64,000 nt of DNA from Candidatus Freyarchaeum deiterrae. GTDB taxonomy: Archaea; Asgardarchaeota; Jordiarchaeia; Jordiarchaeales; Jordiarchaeaceae. Positions 8,076-18,034 of the stretch are shown here, in pieces. Within the stretch, counting starts at the first letter, position 1. Each line of letters opens with the position of its first letter. Both the position numbers and the translations under genes were made by a program. Location: assembly GCA_037305845.1 (NCBI GenBank), contig CP147778.1, positions 1,984,001-2,048,000 of the forward strand, written 5' to 3'. The notes beneath the pieces were generated by a model, which worked only from the letters and a program-made list of their open reading frames with translations, was not told where the DNA came from and made no database searches.

Positions 8076-9344
8076 TTACTCTTCGGGTAGTTTATTCTCA
8101 GAAGCCGAGGCTCCCTCTGTTGCTTTCCCAGTTAGTGCGTTTATTTGCTGCTGTATGGTTCTCATTTCTCCACGAATTCTTGCTCTCTGCGCAGCATACT
8201 CAGCTTTCTGTAAAGCTCCAGCCTGGTACCTTTTAGTAATATAGTCTAACTGGCTCCCAAGAGAGCGCGACCTCGACTCTAAGCTCTCTAACTCTTCGCG
8301 TTTGGCTGCATCAGTCAGTAGAGGTGAGGTTGCTGGTATCGAACGTGTGCTCGTACGAATTGTTTCAGAAATCTTTCCTTGAGAAAGCACCCTCGCTGCA
8401 AAGTCTCTAAATTCATCGAGAAACACATCAAATCTCTTTCTCAGAGTAACAACTTCACTCATTAACTTGTCAATTTCAGGCGTGTAGGCAGCAGCTATTG
8501 ATTGCGTTGTTTTTGCCCTGCCTTGCAAAGGTCTTGTAGCCAGAACTGGTTTAACTCTTTCCTCAACCAACTCCTCCTCTTCCTCCTCCTGTGGAGCACT
8601 TGATTCTGTTACCTCTTCTTCCACTACTTTTTTAGAGGCTGGTTTGGTGGGGGCGACTTTGGGTTTCGAAGGTATAACCACCCATTTAAATATATTTTTT
8701 AACAGAACCATATTTTGTGAAGTATTAAGTCCACCCATTATTCGATCCCTGAACATTTCATACGATCCTAGGGCAACAACTTTTCCGTTCCCATAATTAG
8801 AAACAGCCAAAACAGGGGCATCGGGCGGCTGTGCAGTTCTGCTTGTGATAGCTAATGCTTCTGCTTCTCCCACGAGTTTTATGCTGCAGCCCGCGGAATA
8901 AGCTAATTCTGATAGTCCTTCGGTTACAGGGTGATCCTTAAATTTCGTAATTTTGGGAAGGTTTTCCATACCTAGATTTTGTCTCTCATCAAATAACTGA
9001 TTATTCTGAAATGATACTCCAAAATTCTCGGCTAACTCGTTAAGATTGGTTCTCAGTCCGGGATCACCGCCCGCATGGCTTAATAAAACAACTCCACCAC
9101 CTCTGGAAACAAAATCTAAAACAGTTCTGATTTCTGCGGGTTGTATCTTAGACTGATCTGGACAAGGAAAAACTAACGCATTGAAATCCTTCAATTTATC
9201 CAGGGTGATTGGAAAATCAACAAATCTTATGCTCTGAATACCCTCAGTTTCCAATACTCCTTTGACAGCTGAATAACTAGTAGTGATACGTCCGCGTTCC
9301 TTTTGCGTTTCATCAAAAAGGACACGCCACTTAATTTCAGCCAA
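8076..9344 (-). CDS. GIFT (GldG/IFT52 N-terminal, GATase-like) domain protein with acidic linker, coiled coil and C-terminal helical hairpin
   Basis: VLFDE, ITLDKL, GGGVVLL..AGG....TNLNEL.E.FGV, GKVVALGS.EMF.D, N..LL.NIF.W. GGAGG precedes TTG at 9344/9347. Confidence 0.75.
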   Translation of the reverse strand: MAEIKWRVLFDETQKERGRITTSYSAVKGVLETEGIQSIRFVDFPITLDKLKDFNALVFPCPDQSKIQPAEIRTVLDFVSRGGGVVLLSHAGGDPGLRTNLNELAENFGVSFQNNQLFDERQNLGMENLPKITKFKDHPVTEGLSELAYSAGCSIKLVGEAEALAITSRTAQPPDAPVLAVSNYGNGKVVALGSYEMFRDRIMGGLNTSQNMVLLKNIFKWVVIPSKPKVAPTKPASKKVVEEEVTESSAPQEEEEEELVEERVKPVLATRPLQGRAKTTQSIAAAYTPEIDKLMSEVVTLRKRFDVFLDEFRDFAARVLSQGKISETIRTSTRSIPATSPLLTDAAKREELESLESRSRSLGSQLDYITKRYQAGALQKAEYAAQRARIRGEMRTIQQQINALTGKATEGASASENKLPEE

Positions 9345-9538
9345 CAATAAACCTCCTATCATCGGATGAGTAAACACTTTCAACCTATTTTTCAAAAGGC
9401 TCTAAAAAAATATTTTAGAACTAACCTTTTAACCTTTTTTTCTATTCAGGTATTTAAGAACCTCAAATAATATTTTGTCGCTCATAATTAATAAAATTTT
9501 ACTATTTTTACGCAATATATTTCCATGGTGAATCCCAA

Positions 9539-9961
9539 TCAAAGGTCTATAAGGAAAAGACCTGTAGCTTCATCCTCGCTACGATTAATTTTTCTACTGA
9601 TTTCCATCAAAAATATTTCACAAGTAATAGACACAATACACCCATTTAAAACATGCCCACCTAATGCTCTTCCCTCCCTATCACCAACCACTATGTGGGC
9701 GTGAACTGTGGCTTTCCCCTCGCGATAGGAGATGTTCCCAATACAAGAAACCACTTCCAAATCAGATTTCAATTTTATGGATTTATATTTGTCTTTATCG
9801 AAAAAGCCTATATTAGCTTCGGATAAGGCTCCAATAGCGCTGAAAAATCCGGAAATCAAATCATATTTTTTGGCCAGCGTCTCAAGAGAATCCAGTAAAT
9901 CCTCTCCCTTTTCCAGTTTCGCTACAATAATTCTTTTACTGGAAGATTCTATTGATTTCAT
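9539..9961 (-). CDS. PPC/DUF296 domain protein
   Basis: L..GEDL, AIGAL, EVVSCIGN, HAH, GGH; RBS-supported ATG at 9961. Confidence 0.9.
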   Translation of the reverse strand: MKSIESSSKRIIVAKLEKGEDLLDSLETLAKKYDLISGFFSAIGALSEANIGFFDKDKYKSIKLKSDLEVVSCIGNISYREGKATVHAHIVVGDREGRALGGHVLNGCIVSITCEIFLMEISRKINRSEDEATGLFLIDL

Positions 9962-10172
9962 CTCCTTCACCTTTCGCGACGTAGAGTGCAACTTATTAAT
10001 TTTTAGGCATTTCTTATTTTTTAATTGAATAATTTCTTTACCATTCGGTAGACTTATTTATGTTTTTACACTTGAATAATTTGATTTTATAATTCTGTTT
10101 AAATGGCGCCCTCAAATTAAAACGAATCCTAATAAATAGCACCCGTCAAGAGGTAAAAGCTGGGAGAAAAAC

Positions 10173-12875
10173 ATGTCTGAAAGGGTAGGTCTGCTAAAAT
10201 ATATACCATCTACTCCTGCCCAGAAAACCGAAGACCCCCTAAAAAAAGCAGAAGAAGCAGAGACGGGTCTCGTAGAGACTAACGAAGAAGAAGAGGGCAG
10301 TGAAGAAGAAGAGGAAGAAGCAGAAGAAGTAGAGTTCAAGGGTCTGCCTTACTTCTGCCCAGAAAATTATGAACCTGGATCACTGCTATCAGTAGAATAT
10401 GATGGAAAAAATAACCTTGCCTTCGCACGTTTATACGATTCTAAAAACAAGAGACTCTTTTGTTGGTATGATAACACCAACCATCATCCCTATTGTTATT
10501 CTGATCTCGACGAAGAAAAATTAAGAGCATTCAGAAACGGTCAAGTGGTAAAACACAAAGGTTTTCTAGGCTTAGAAGAAGTTGAGAAAATCGACCTCTT
10601 ATTAGATAAGCCTAAGAAAATGACAAAAATTTTGGCAACAGATCCACTTGCGATAGGTGGCACCAGTAGTTCCATAAGAGAAATCCTGCCCAAAGCCTGG
10701 GAAGCAAAAATCAGATACCATGATAACTTTATATTCGATAAAGACCTGATTCCCGGACTCTTCTACAGAATAGAAAAAGGGAATATAACTCCAGCCCCAT
10801 ATGAAATCCCTACTTCATTAAAAAAAGAATTAGAACTGGCTCTCGGAAACGAAGAAGCACCAGAATTCGAGGATGTGCTAAACGAATTCCTACCCCTGTT
10901 TCTAACACCAGTGCCCGATATTAAAAGAGCCGCCCTAGACATCGAAGTTTACGCACCCATAAGAGACAGGATACCCGACTCAACAGCGGCGGAAAATCAA
11001 GTAATATGCGTGTCTCTAGTTTCCAGCGAAAACGCGAACATAATTTTTCTTCTAAAGAGAAAAGAAGTTGAAACTGGAGATAAACCAAAAGACTTCCCCA
11101 AAGATGCTAGGATAGAGTACTTCGAAAATGAAGCTCAAATGTTAACAAGAGTTTTCAGAGCAATGAGCGATTATCCCATAATCCTCACCTTCAACGGAGA
11201 TAACTTCGACCTGAGATACCTCTACAATAGAGCTCTTAGACTCGGCATCAAGAACGAAGAGATACCCATAGTTCTAACCAAAGAATTCGCCTACATCTCA
11301 ACCTCCATCCACATTGATTTATACCGGTTTTTCCACAACCGTTCCATCCAAGTTTACGCCTTTTCAGACCGCTACAAAGAAGAAACACTGGACGCCATCG
11401 CCAAAGCCCTCTTAAACATCGGAAAAATCAGCCTCGACAAATCAATCCACGAGCTGTCACTACTCGATCTAGCTTACTACTGCTGGGGAGACTCATACAT
11501 TACACTGAAATTAACCCAATTCGACGATAATCTGGTCATGAAACTAATAATCCTACTCATGCGCATCTCCCGCCTCTCAATGGAGGACCTAACAAGACAA
11601 GGCGTCTCCTCATGGATAAAAAACCTCTTCTACTACGAACACCGCAGAAGAAACTACCTCATACCCCTCCCAGAGGAGATAAACCGCATAAAAGGAATAG
11701 GCCAAACAAAAGCAATCATCAAAGACAAAAAATTCAGAGGAGCCATCGTAGTCGAACCAGAAGCCGGAGTCCACTTCGACGTAGCCGTACTCGACTTCGC
11801 CTCCCTATACCCCAGCATCATAAAAGAATACAACTTGAGCTACGAAACCGTAAGATGCCCACACAACGAATGCAGAACAAACATAGTCCCAGAAACAAAC
11901 CACTGGGTATGCACAAAACGAAAAGGGATAACATCCATAATAATCGGCTTCCTAAGAGACATACGCATAAAATGGTTCAAACCAAGATCCAAATCCAGCT
12001 CACTGAAAGAAGAAGAGAGAAAATGGAACGCCATAATCGAAAGAGCCCTAAAAGTCTACCTAAACGCCAGCTACGGCGTCTTCGGCAATGAGCCATTTCC
12101 CTTTTACTGCTTACCAGTAGCCGAAAGCACCGCAGCCATCGGAAGATACGCCATCCAGCAAGCAATAACCAAAGCAAAAAACCTAGGACTACACGTAATC
12201 TACGGCGACACGGACAGCGTCTTCATAAAAAACCCCTCAGAAAAAAATATCACAGAACTAAGAAACTGGACCAAACAAGAACTCAGAGTAGACCTCGACG
12301 TCGATTCACGATATCGCTACCTATGTCTTAGCGAGAGAAAAAAGAACTATCTTGGGGTTTACATGGACGGGTCTGTGAATATTAAGGGTCTCACCGGGAA
12401 AAAGAGGAACACTCCACAATTCGCTCAACAAGCCTTCCTCAAAATGGTGGAAACTCTAAGCCATGTTCAGTCTGTAAACGACTTTGATAAAGCCAAGAAA
12501 GAAATCCAAGAAATTGCAAAAACCTGCTATAACAAAATAAAAAACAGGGAATTCAGCTTAGAAGATTTCGCATTCCACGTTATGCTGAGCAAAAATCTTT
12601 CTTCCTATACCAAGACCACACCGCAGCATGTTAAAGCTGCTAGGCAACTGAGTAAAAACGGGAAAGAGCTCAAACCCGGCGATATAATTTCTTTCGTAAA
12701 AGTCAGGGGTAAGGACGGAGTGCGACCGGTTGAACTTGCCGTTAAGGAGGAGATTGATACCGATAAATATAAAGAATATCTAAAAACTACATTCGACCAA
12801 ATATTAGATAGTCTCGGAATCAGCTTTGATAGAATTGTAGGAATAACAAAACTCGAAAGCTGGATGTCGGGTTAA
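10173..12875 (+). CDS. polB1: Family B DNA polymerase, PolB1 type, with acidic N-terminal extension
   Basis: Exonuclease DIEV and FNGDNFD; polymerase DFASLYPSII, K.YLNASYG, YGDTDS; KGLTGKKRNTP typical of the PolB1 clade; PIP-like C-terminus. Confidence 0.95.
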   Translation: MSERVGLLKYIPSTPAQKTEDPLKKAEEAETGLVETNEEEEGSEEEEEEAEEVEFKGLPYFCPENYEPGSLLSVEYDGKNNLAFARLYDSKNKRLFCWYDNTNHHPYCYSDLDEEKLRAFRNGQVVKHKGFLGLEEVEKIDLLLDKPKKMTKILATDPLAIGGTSSSIREILPKAWEAKIRYHDNFIFDKDLIPGLFYRIEKGNITPAPYEIPTSLKKELELALGNEEAPEFEDVLNEFLPLFLTPVPDIKRAALDIEVYAPIRDRIPDSTAAENQVICVSLVSSENANIIFLLKRKEVETGDKPKDFPKDARIEYFENEAQMLTRVFRAMSDYPIILTFNGDNFDLRYLYNRALRLGIKNEEIPIVLTKEFAYISTSIHIDLYRFFHNRSIQVYAFSDRYKEETLDAIAKALLNIGKISLDKSIHELSLLDLAYYCWGDSYITLKLTQFDDNLVMKLIILLMRISRLSMEDLTRQGVSSWIKNLFYYEHRRRNYLIPLPEEINRIKGIGQTKAIIKDKKFRGAIVVEPEAGVHFDVAVLDFASLYPSIIKEYNLSYETVRCPHNECRTNIVPETNHWVCTKRKGITSIIIGFLRDIRIKWFKPRSKSSSLKEEERKWNAIIERALKVYLNASYGVFGNEPFPFYCLPVAESTAAIGRYAIQQAITKAKNLGLHVIYGDTDSVFIKNPSEKNITELRNWTKQELRVDLDVDSRYRYLCLSERKKNYLGVYMDGSVNIKGLTGKKRNTPQFAQQAFLKMVETLSHVQSVNDFDKAKKEIQEIAKTCYNKIKNREFSLEDFAFHVMLSKNLSSYTKTTPQHVKAARQLSKNGKELKPGDIISFVKVRGKDGVRPVELAVKEEIDTDKYKEYLKTTFDQILDSLGISFDRIVGITKLESWMSG

Positions 12876-12995
12876 AAATGGATAAAACCCGGATAAAGTT
12901 TGTGTTGTTGAGTATACGCAGTCACTAGAAGAGAGGAAATTTTAATCGAGTTATGGATTTGCATATCACTGTTATGAAACATGTGAGATAGTCGG

Positions 12996-13805
12996 GTGAT
13001 CAAAATTAGCGACAATAGGAACCTGTCTGGGGCAAACAAAATCGTGATTAAGATCGGGACGAGTAGCCTGACAGATGAAACGTTTAGGCTTGACCCACGT
13101 ATGGTCAAAAAGTTCACCAAAGAAATAATGGAGTTGAAAAGGCAAAACAAGAAAGTTATTCTAGTAACGTCTGGCGCTATCGGTGCTGGTATCGGGAGAC
13201 TCAATCTAAAGTCTAGGCCCAAAGATATGCAGTTGTTGCAGGCTGCGGCGGCAGTTGGACAGAACATTTTGATGAATACATATGATAGGTATTTCAGCAA
13301 ATACAATCAGACAATTGCTCAGGTACTGTTGACGTACGAAGACTTCTCAAACGGACATAGATATCTAAATCTTCGAAATACATTGATTACCTTGCTTAAC
13401 TCAGGAGTGATACCAATTATTAATGAGAATGACACCACAGCGGTGGACGAGATTAAAGTGGGTGACAACGACATGCTGTCCGCTCTGGTAGCAAGCAATC
13501 TTGGCGCAGATTTGTTGATTATTCTATCTGACATAGATGGTTTTTATACGTGTGATCCTAAGACAAGTAGGGAAGCCAAGCTGATCTCGACAATTGAGGA
13601 GATAACACCAGAACTTGAGCGAATCTGTGGAAATGAATCGTCGAGAGGAACGGGTGGGATGATGACTAAGATTCAGGCAGCCAAGATAACTATGAAGTCT
13701 GGCATTCCAATGATTATTGCGAATGGTGGGGAAAAAGCTGTCATAAGGAGAGTTATGAGCGGCGAATCGATTGGGACGATATTTCTGCCAAAGAAAGAAA
13801 AATGA
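12996..13805 (+). CDS. proB: Glutamate 5-kinase (no PUA domain)
   Basis: VIKIGTSSL, SGAIGAG, QAAAAVGQ, PIINEND, GDND.LSA, GTGGM.TK. Confidence 0.96.
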   Translation: MIKISDNRNLSGANKIVIKIGTSSLTDETFRLDPRMVKKFTKEIMELKRQNKKVILVTSGAIGAGIGRLNLKSRPKDMQLLQAAAAVGQNILMNTYDRYFSKYNQTIAQVLLTYEDFSNGHRYLNLRNTLITLLNSGVIPIINENDTTAVDEIKVGDNDMLSALVASNLGADLLIILSDIDGFYTCDPKTSREAKLISTIEEITPELERICGNESSRGTGGMMTKIQAAKITMKSGIPMIIANGGEKAVIRRVMSGESIGTIFLPKKEK

Positions 13806-13845
13806 AGCCAGAATCAGACCCAGAAATGATTCGGTGGTTATAGAA

Positions 13846-15153
13846 ATGGAACCCCAAAAAATAATGGAAAAAGCTCAAGCAGCGAGAAACGCTGCAATTA
13901 AGCTAGCCAACACTCCAACTAAGGACAAGGATAAAGCTTTACTTAGAATGGCTGAATCGATTAAACAGAACAAGAACAGAATACTTGAAGCCAACAGAAA
14001 GGATGTAGAGAACGCAAATAGAGAGAAGCTGCCAAAAGCACTGGTCGACAGGCTAAAGTTGGATGACTCAAAAATCGATGATATCACAAAAAGCCTAGAA
14101 AGTGTTGCAGGATTAGAAGACCCTGTTGGAAAAACGCTATCCGCCATTGAACTAGACAAAGGATTAGAACTTTTCAAAGTTTCTTGTCCCATCGGTGTGA
14201 TCGGCGCGATATTCGAATCAAGACCAGATGCCTTAGTTCAGATAGCCTCCCTTTGCCTGAAATCGGGCAACGCAGTAATCTTGAAGGGAGGCTCCGAAGC
14301 AAGGAACTCCAACGCAGTTCTGTTTGACATACTCCAATCATCAAGTCAGGGCATTCCAGAAGGCTGGATGCAATTGGCTGAGACAAGGGAAGACGTTAAG
14401 CAGATGCTGGAATTGGACAACTACTTAGACTTACTGGTTCCCAGGGGAAGTAACAAATTCGTGAAGTACATCCAAGAGAATACAAGCATCCCCGTCTTGG
14501 GCCATTCAGAAGGGATATGCCATGTTTACGTTGACAGAGATGCCGACCTAGACATGGCCGTAAACATATGCTATGATGCTAAAGTTCAGTATCCTGCAGC
14601 GTGTAATGCTGTAGAAACTATACTTGTTGATAAACCGATTGCAGGAGTGTTTCTGCCCGAGATTGCTGGTAGACTCACGAAGGCAGGGGTTAAAATCAAA
14701 GGATGCGGAGAGACGATAAAACTGTTGAAAAACTTCAAAATCGATGCAGTGGAAGATTGGCATGTAGAGTATAGCGACCTAATAGTATCAGTGAGAATAG
14801 TTGACGGTGTGGACGAAGCAATCAATCACATCAACAAGTATGGTTCTAAGCATACAGATGCCATAGTCACTGAGAATAGTGGAACAGCCCGTAGATTCTT
14901 GAACTTCGTTGATTCGTCCAGTGTAATGCATAATGCATCAACCCGTTTCAGCGATGGTTTCAGATACGGTAAGGGGGCAGAGGTCGGCATCAGCACAAAC
15001 AAAATACATGCGCGTGGGCCAGTCGGATTGGAAGGTTTAGTCATCTACAAATATCTGCTAGTTGGTAAAGGTAACACAGTAGCTGAATATATCGGACCAA
15101 ACGCCAAGAGATTCACACATAAAACACTGAACATTAAAAAATGGATGAGCTAA
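13846..15153 (+). CDS. proA: Gamma-glutamyl phosphate reductase
   Basis: PIGVIGAIFESRP, KSGNAVILKGG, ACNAVET, NASTRFSDG, GAEVGIST.KIHARGPVGL; likely start is ATG 13846. Confidence 0.96.
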   Translation: MEPQKIMEKAQAARNAAIKLANTPTKDKDKALLRMAESIKQNKNRILEANRKDVENANREKLPKALVDRLKLDDSKIDDITKSLESVAGLEDPVGKTLSAIELDKGLELFKVSCPIGVIGAIFESRPDALVQIASLCLKSGNAVILKGGSEARNSNAVLFDILQSSSQGIPEGWMQLAETREDVKQMLELDNYLDLLVPRGSNKFVKYIQENTSIPVLGHSEGICHVYVDRDADLDMAVNICYDAKVQYPAACNAVETILVDKPIAGVFLPEIAGRLTKAGVKIKGCGETIKLLKNFKIDAVEDWHVEYSDLIVSVRIVDGVDEAINHINKYGSKHTDAIVTENSGTARRFLNFVDSSSVMHNASTRFSDGFRYGKGAEVGISTNKIHARGPVGLEGLVIYKYLLVGKGNTVAEYIGPNAKRFTHKTLNIKKWMS

Positions 15154-15383
15154 TCTTAAACATCCCCTCGTGTTTTAGTCAAAATAACTTTAAATCTCCT
15201 AAAATATACTAAATTTTCCGCATATTATTTAAACCAAACCTATCACCAGAACTCCTTCGTTAGTTGTCTGCTATAAATACTCGTGGATTCTTGTTCCACC
15301 ACAACATTTTGTTTAACGCAAACTATTTATCAAATACTTGTGCTTTAATATAGTAACTATAAAAAATTTTATGAGGCTTAATA

Positions 15384-16388
15384 ATGGAAGTTCGAAACTT
15401 ATTGATTCGAAACGTTCTACCTATATTAGACCCAGTGAGTATTGGACAGTCCGCCGACTCGTTTCTAGCTGATTACGGGGGATACATGAAGCAAATAGCC
15501 GCCGTTGCTAAGCATGACTCTGGATTTGCTTTATACGAAAGTAATGTGGCGCCCATTCATGAAAAGTATGGCGACTTTTTTTCCACGATTGCAAACATCT
15601 CGGAAGCTGCGGGAATCAAGCTTTATGCCGTTCTTTACACGTTTATAGACAGCTACTATGGTGTGGACCCTGCCTATAAGACTTTTAATGCTAATGATGT
15701 CGCTAATGAAAACTTTGTTTGCCCTGCTCGGGAACCATTCTGGTCATACCTTCAAAGCGTTGCCGAAGAAGTGATTAAATATCCTATAGCTGGTGTTATA
15801 CTTTTAGGAAACACTTTTGTGAGGCAGGAATTTTGCTTCTGCGAGAAATGCAAAAAAGAATTCTCAGAAGCTGCACAAATAGATGCTTCGTTCACTTGGG
15901 ATGGACTGAGGGACAACGATCAACTTTTCTCCAAGTGGTTAGATTGGAGAGCTGAAAAAATGTACAACGCTATATCTGGAATCTACAATGTGGTTAAGAA
16001 GAAAGAAGGATTAGACTTCTTAGTCGGCGTTGACATAGACCCCGAGGCAAACTATGAGAAGGGAGCATTCAGGCACTTCGGACAAGACGTAGAGAAACTA
16101 TCCGGAATATCAGGGCACTTATTAATGAGTGTTAACCCATGGTCTCCAATTCTGCCTAGCGCCGGTTCTCAGGAATATAACACCAACCTCGAAAAAATGA
16201 GATTCATCGACAATATAACCGCTCGTAGAAGAAAAGTCTCCTTCAAATACTGGACTCTAGCCGATGAAAACGACTACGACACAATTAAGAGTATAGCTTC
16301 AAGATTCAAAGCCACAAAAATAGTTGCAGACCTGGCCTTTCCAGAAAAATTCAGAATATGGAGAGAAGCACATCTAAGCATGGCCTAA
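15384..16388 (+). CDS. Glycoside-hydrolase-like TIM barrel (GHL10/GH42-like) with Cys cluster
   Basis: K..SG.ALYES, AGIKLYA, FVCPA, CFCEKCKKEF, W.DWR. Confidence 0.6.
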   Translation: MEVRNLLIRNVLPILDPVSIGQSADSFLADYGGYMKQIAAVAKHDSGFALYESNVAPIHEKYGDFFSTIANISEAAGIKLYAVLYTFIDSYYGVDPAYKTFNANDVANENFVCPAREPFWSYLQSVAEEVIKYPIAGVILLGNTFVRQEFCFCEKCKKEFSEAAQIDASFTWDGLRDNDQLFSKWLDWRAEKMYNAISGIYNVVKKKEGLDFLVGVDIDPEANYEKGAFRHFGQDVEKLSGISGHLLMSVNPWSPILPSAGSQEYNTNLEKMRFIDNITARRRKVSFKYWTLADENDYDTIKSIASRFKATKIVADLAFPEKFRIWREAHLSMA

Positions 16389-16515
16389 ACCCTCCCCTCT
16401 TTTTATTAACCTAAGCCCTTTCAACTCACTGTTTTTTATAACTTCCCATAAAAAAGCCTAAATAAATTAATAAAAAGAACTTGAATTATAAACTTTTTTT
16501 GGAAAAGATTTCATT

Positions 16516-17178
16516 TCATCCACCCTTCTCTTCCCTATATTTTGTCAAATACCTTTTTACATCCTCGTCTGTCAAATCAAACCAGTTTTCATAGTAGTCT
16601 GCAACAGCGAACACATGAGCATCACTAACAACGAGGCACACTAGTTCGTCTGAAAATTTTTCCACTATTTTCAAAGAGCTTCTGGGAGAAACCGGAACAG
16701 CCACCACAACCCTTTCAGGTTTCTCCTTCCGTATGGATTTAACTGCTGCGACCATGGTATACCCTGAAGCCAAACCATCATCTACAACTATAACAGTCCG
16801 ATCTCTTATCCTCGGCTGTGGAGCATTTCCCCTAAATTCTCTCGTTCTCCTTTTCATCTCCTCAATAACCCCTTCTGCCAGTTCTTTAATCTCGCCCCTT
16901 TTCAAACCTAGCTGAGCTACTAGGGGTTCGTTTAACACTATTGTGCCGTCAACGGTTACTGCACCAAATCCAGCCTCAGGGTTCCAAGGAATCTGAATCT
17001 TACGGGTAATAATCATATCTAACTCCGAATTAAGCTCTAATGCTGCATAGACGCCAACGGGTACCCCTCCGCGAGGAATGGCGAGGATTATTACGTCTTT
17101 ATCCTTATATTTCTCCGCTAATCGTTTTCCGAGTTCCCTACCGGCGTGTTCCCGGTCTTTGAAAGTTGAGTAAGTCAT
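16516..17178 (-). CDS. Type I phosphoribosyltransferase family protein
   Basis: F.DR..AG..L, AIPRGGVPV, VVDDGLASGYT, VVAVPV. Confidence 0.92.
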   Translation of the reverse strand: MTYSTFKDREHAGRELGKRLAEKYKDKDVIILAIPRGGVPVGVYAALELNSELDMIITRKIQIPWNPEAGFGAVTVDGTIVLNEPLVAQLGLKRGEIKELAEGVIEEMKRRTREFRGNAPQPRIRDRTVIVVDDGLASGYTMVAAVKSIRKEKPERVVVAVPVSPRSSLKIVEKFSDELVCLVVSDAHVFAVADYYENWFDLTDEDVKRYLTKYREEKGG

Positions 17179-17371
17179 CTAAAATCCCATGGTTTAAATT
17201 AATTCACGTTTTTCGGGAAATATTTATAAGGATTTAGTTATTTCAAAATTAGTAGATTAGTTAACAATTGTTAATATAAGTATAGATATAAAAAGCTTTA
17301 TGCTTTTCATTAATATCTGTAGAAAGAGGAAGAGAAATAAAAAATTAAAAACTGATTGAGTATCAGGAGGT

Positions 17372-17647
17372 ATGTTTAATATGCCGAGTTCTAAAAAGAA
17401 GGAAAGTGGAATGGATGTTAAACCTGACCGTACATTAGATGCTATTGGACTTTACTGTCCAGAACCAATATTCAGAACAAAAGAGGAGATTGAAAAAGTA
17501 GAAGTAGGCCAAGTCTTGGAGATTCTAGCCGATGATCCGGCTGCAGAGGAAGACATTACCCGATGGGCCAAAAGAACCGGAAATCAGGTTTTAAAATATG
17601 AAAAGGATGGACGAACACTTCGATTTTTGGTGAAAAGATTAAAATAA
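17372..17647 (+). CDS. tusA: Sulfur carrier TusA/SirA family
   Basis: LDAIGLYCPEP, GQVLEILADDPAA..DI..W. Confidence 0.92.
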   Translation: MFNMPSSKKKESGMDVKPDRTLDAIGLYCPEPIFRTKEEIEKVEVGQVLEILADDPAAEEDITRWAKRTGNQVLKYEKDGRTLRFLVKRLK

Positions 17648-18034
17648 ATTGAATACCTGAAAAACAAATAAAAAAGATCTGACTAGCAAGAAACATTATA
17701 CAGATAAGGCTAAGCTTTCTCTCTAAAATACTATTACACTCTTTACTCAAATATTAGTGAGCTGCATGGACATAACTTTCTATATACATAATCCTTATTT
17801 CAGAGAGCGATAACAGTAAAAGTCAATCGGAAAAGATAATAATTGGAATATAACCATCTCTTGGAAATAATAAATTAAATATTATAGACTTACGCAAGCT
17901 TCTAGGCCGTTTAAAACTTCTGAAACCTGTACACTAGGAAAAACTCGACATGAAATAATTAGTGTGAAGGTACAAGCCACATAATACTAGAAGCAATAAC
18001 AATACTATAAAAAAATTTTTGTGAGGGATAAGCG

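Noticed and set aside
11612-12091. 159-aa Arg/Lys/Pro-rich overlapping ORF in polB1
   Set aside because: Explained by local lack of T at third codon positions, which removes stops in the shifted frame.
13771-13845. Extended proA N-terminus from the ORF track
   Set aside because: Overlaps proB; the ATG at 13846 has an SD-like GGTGG and fits the family length.
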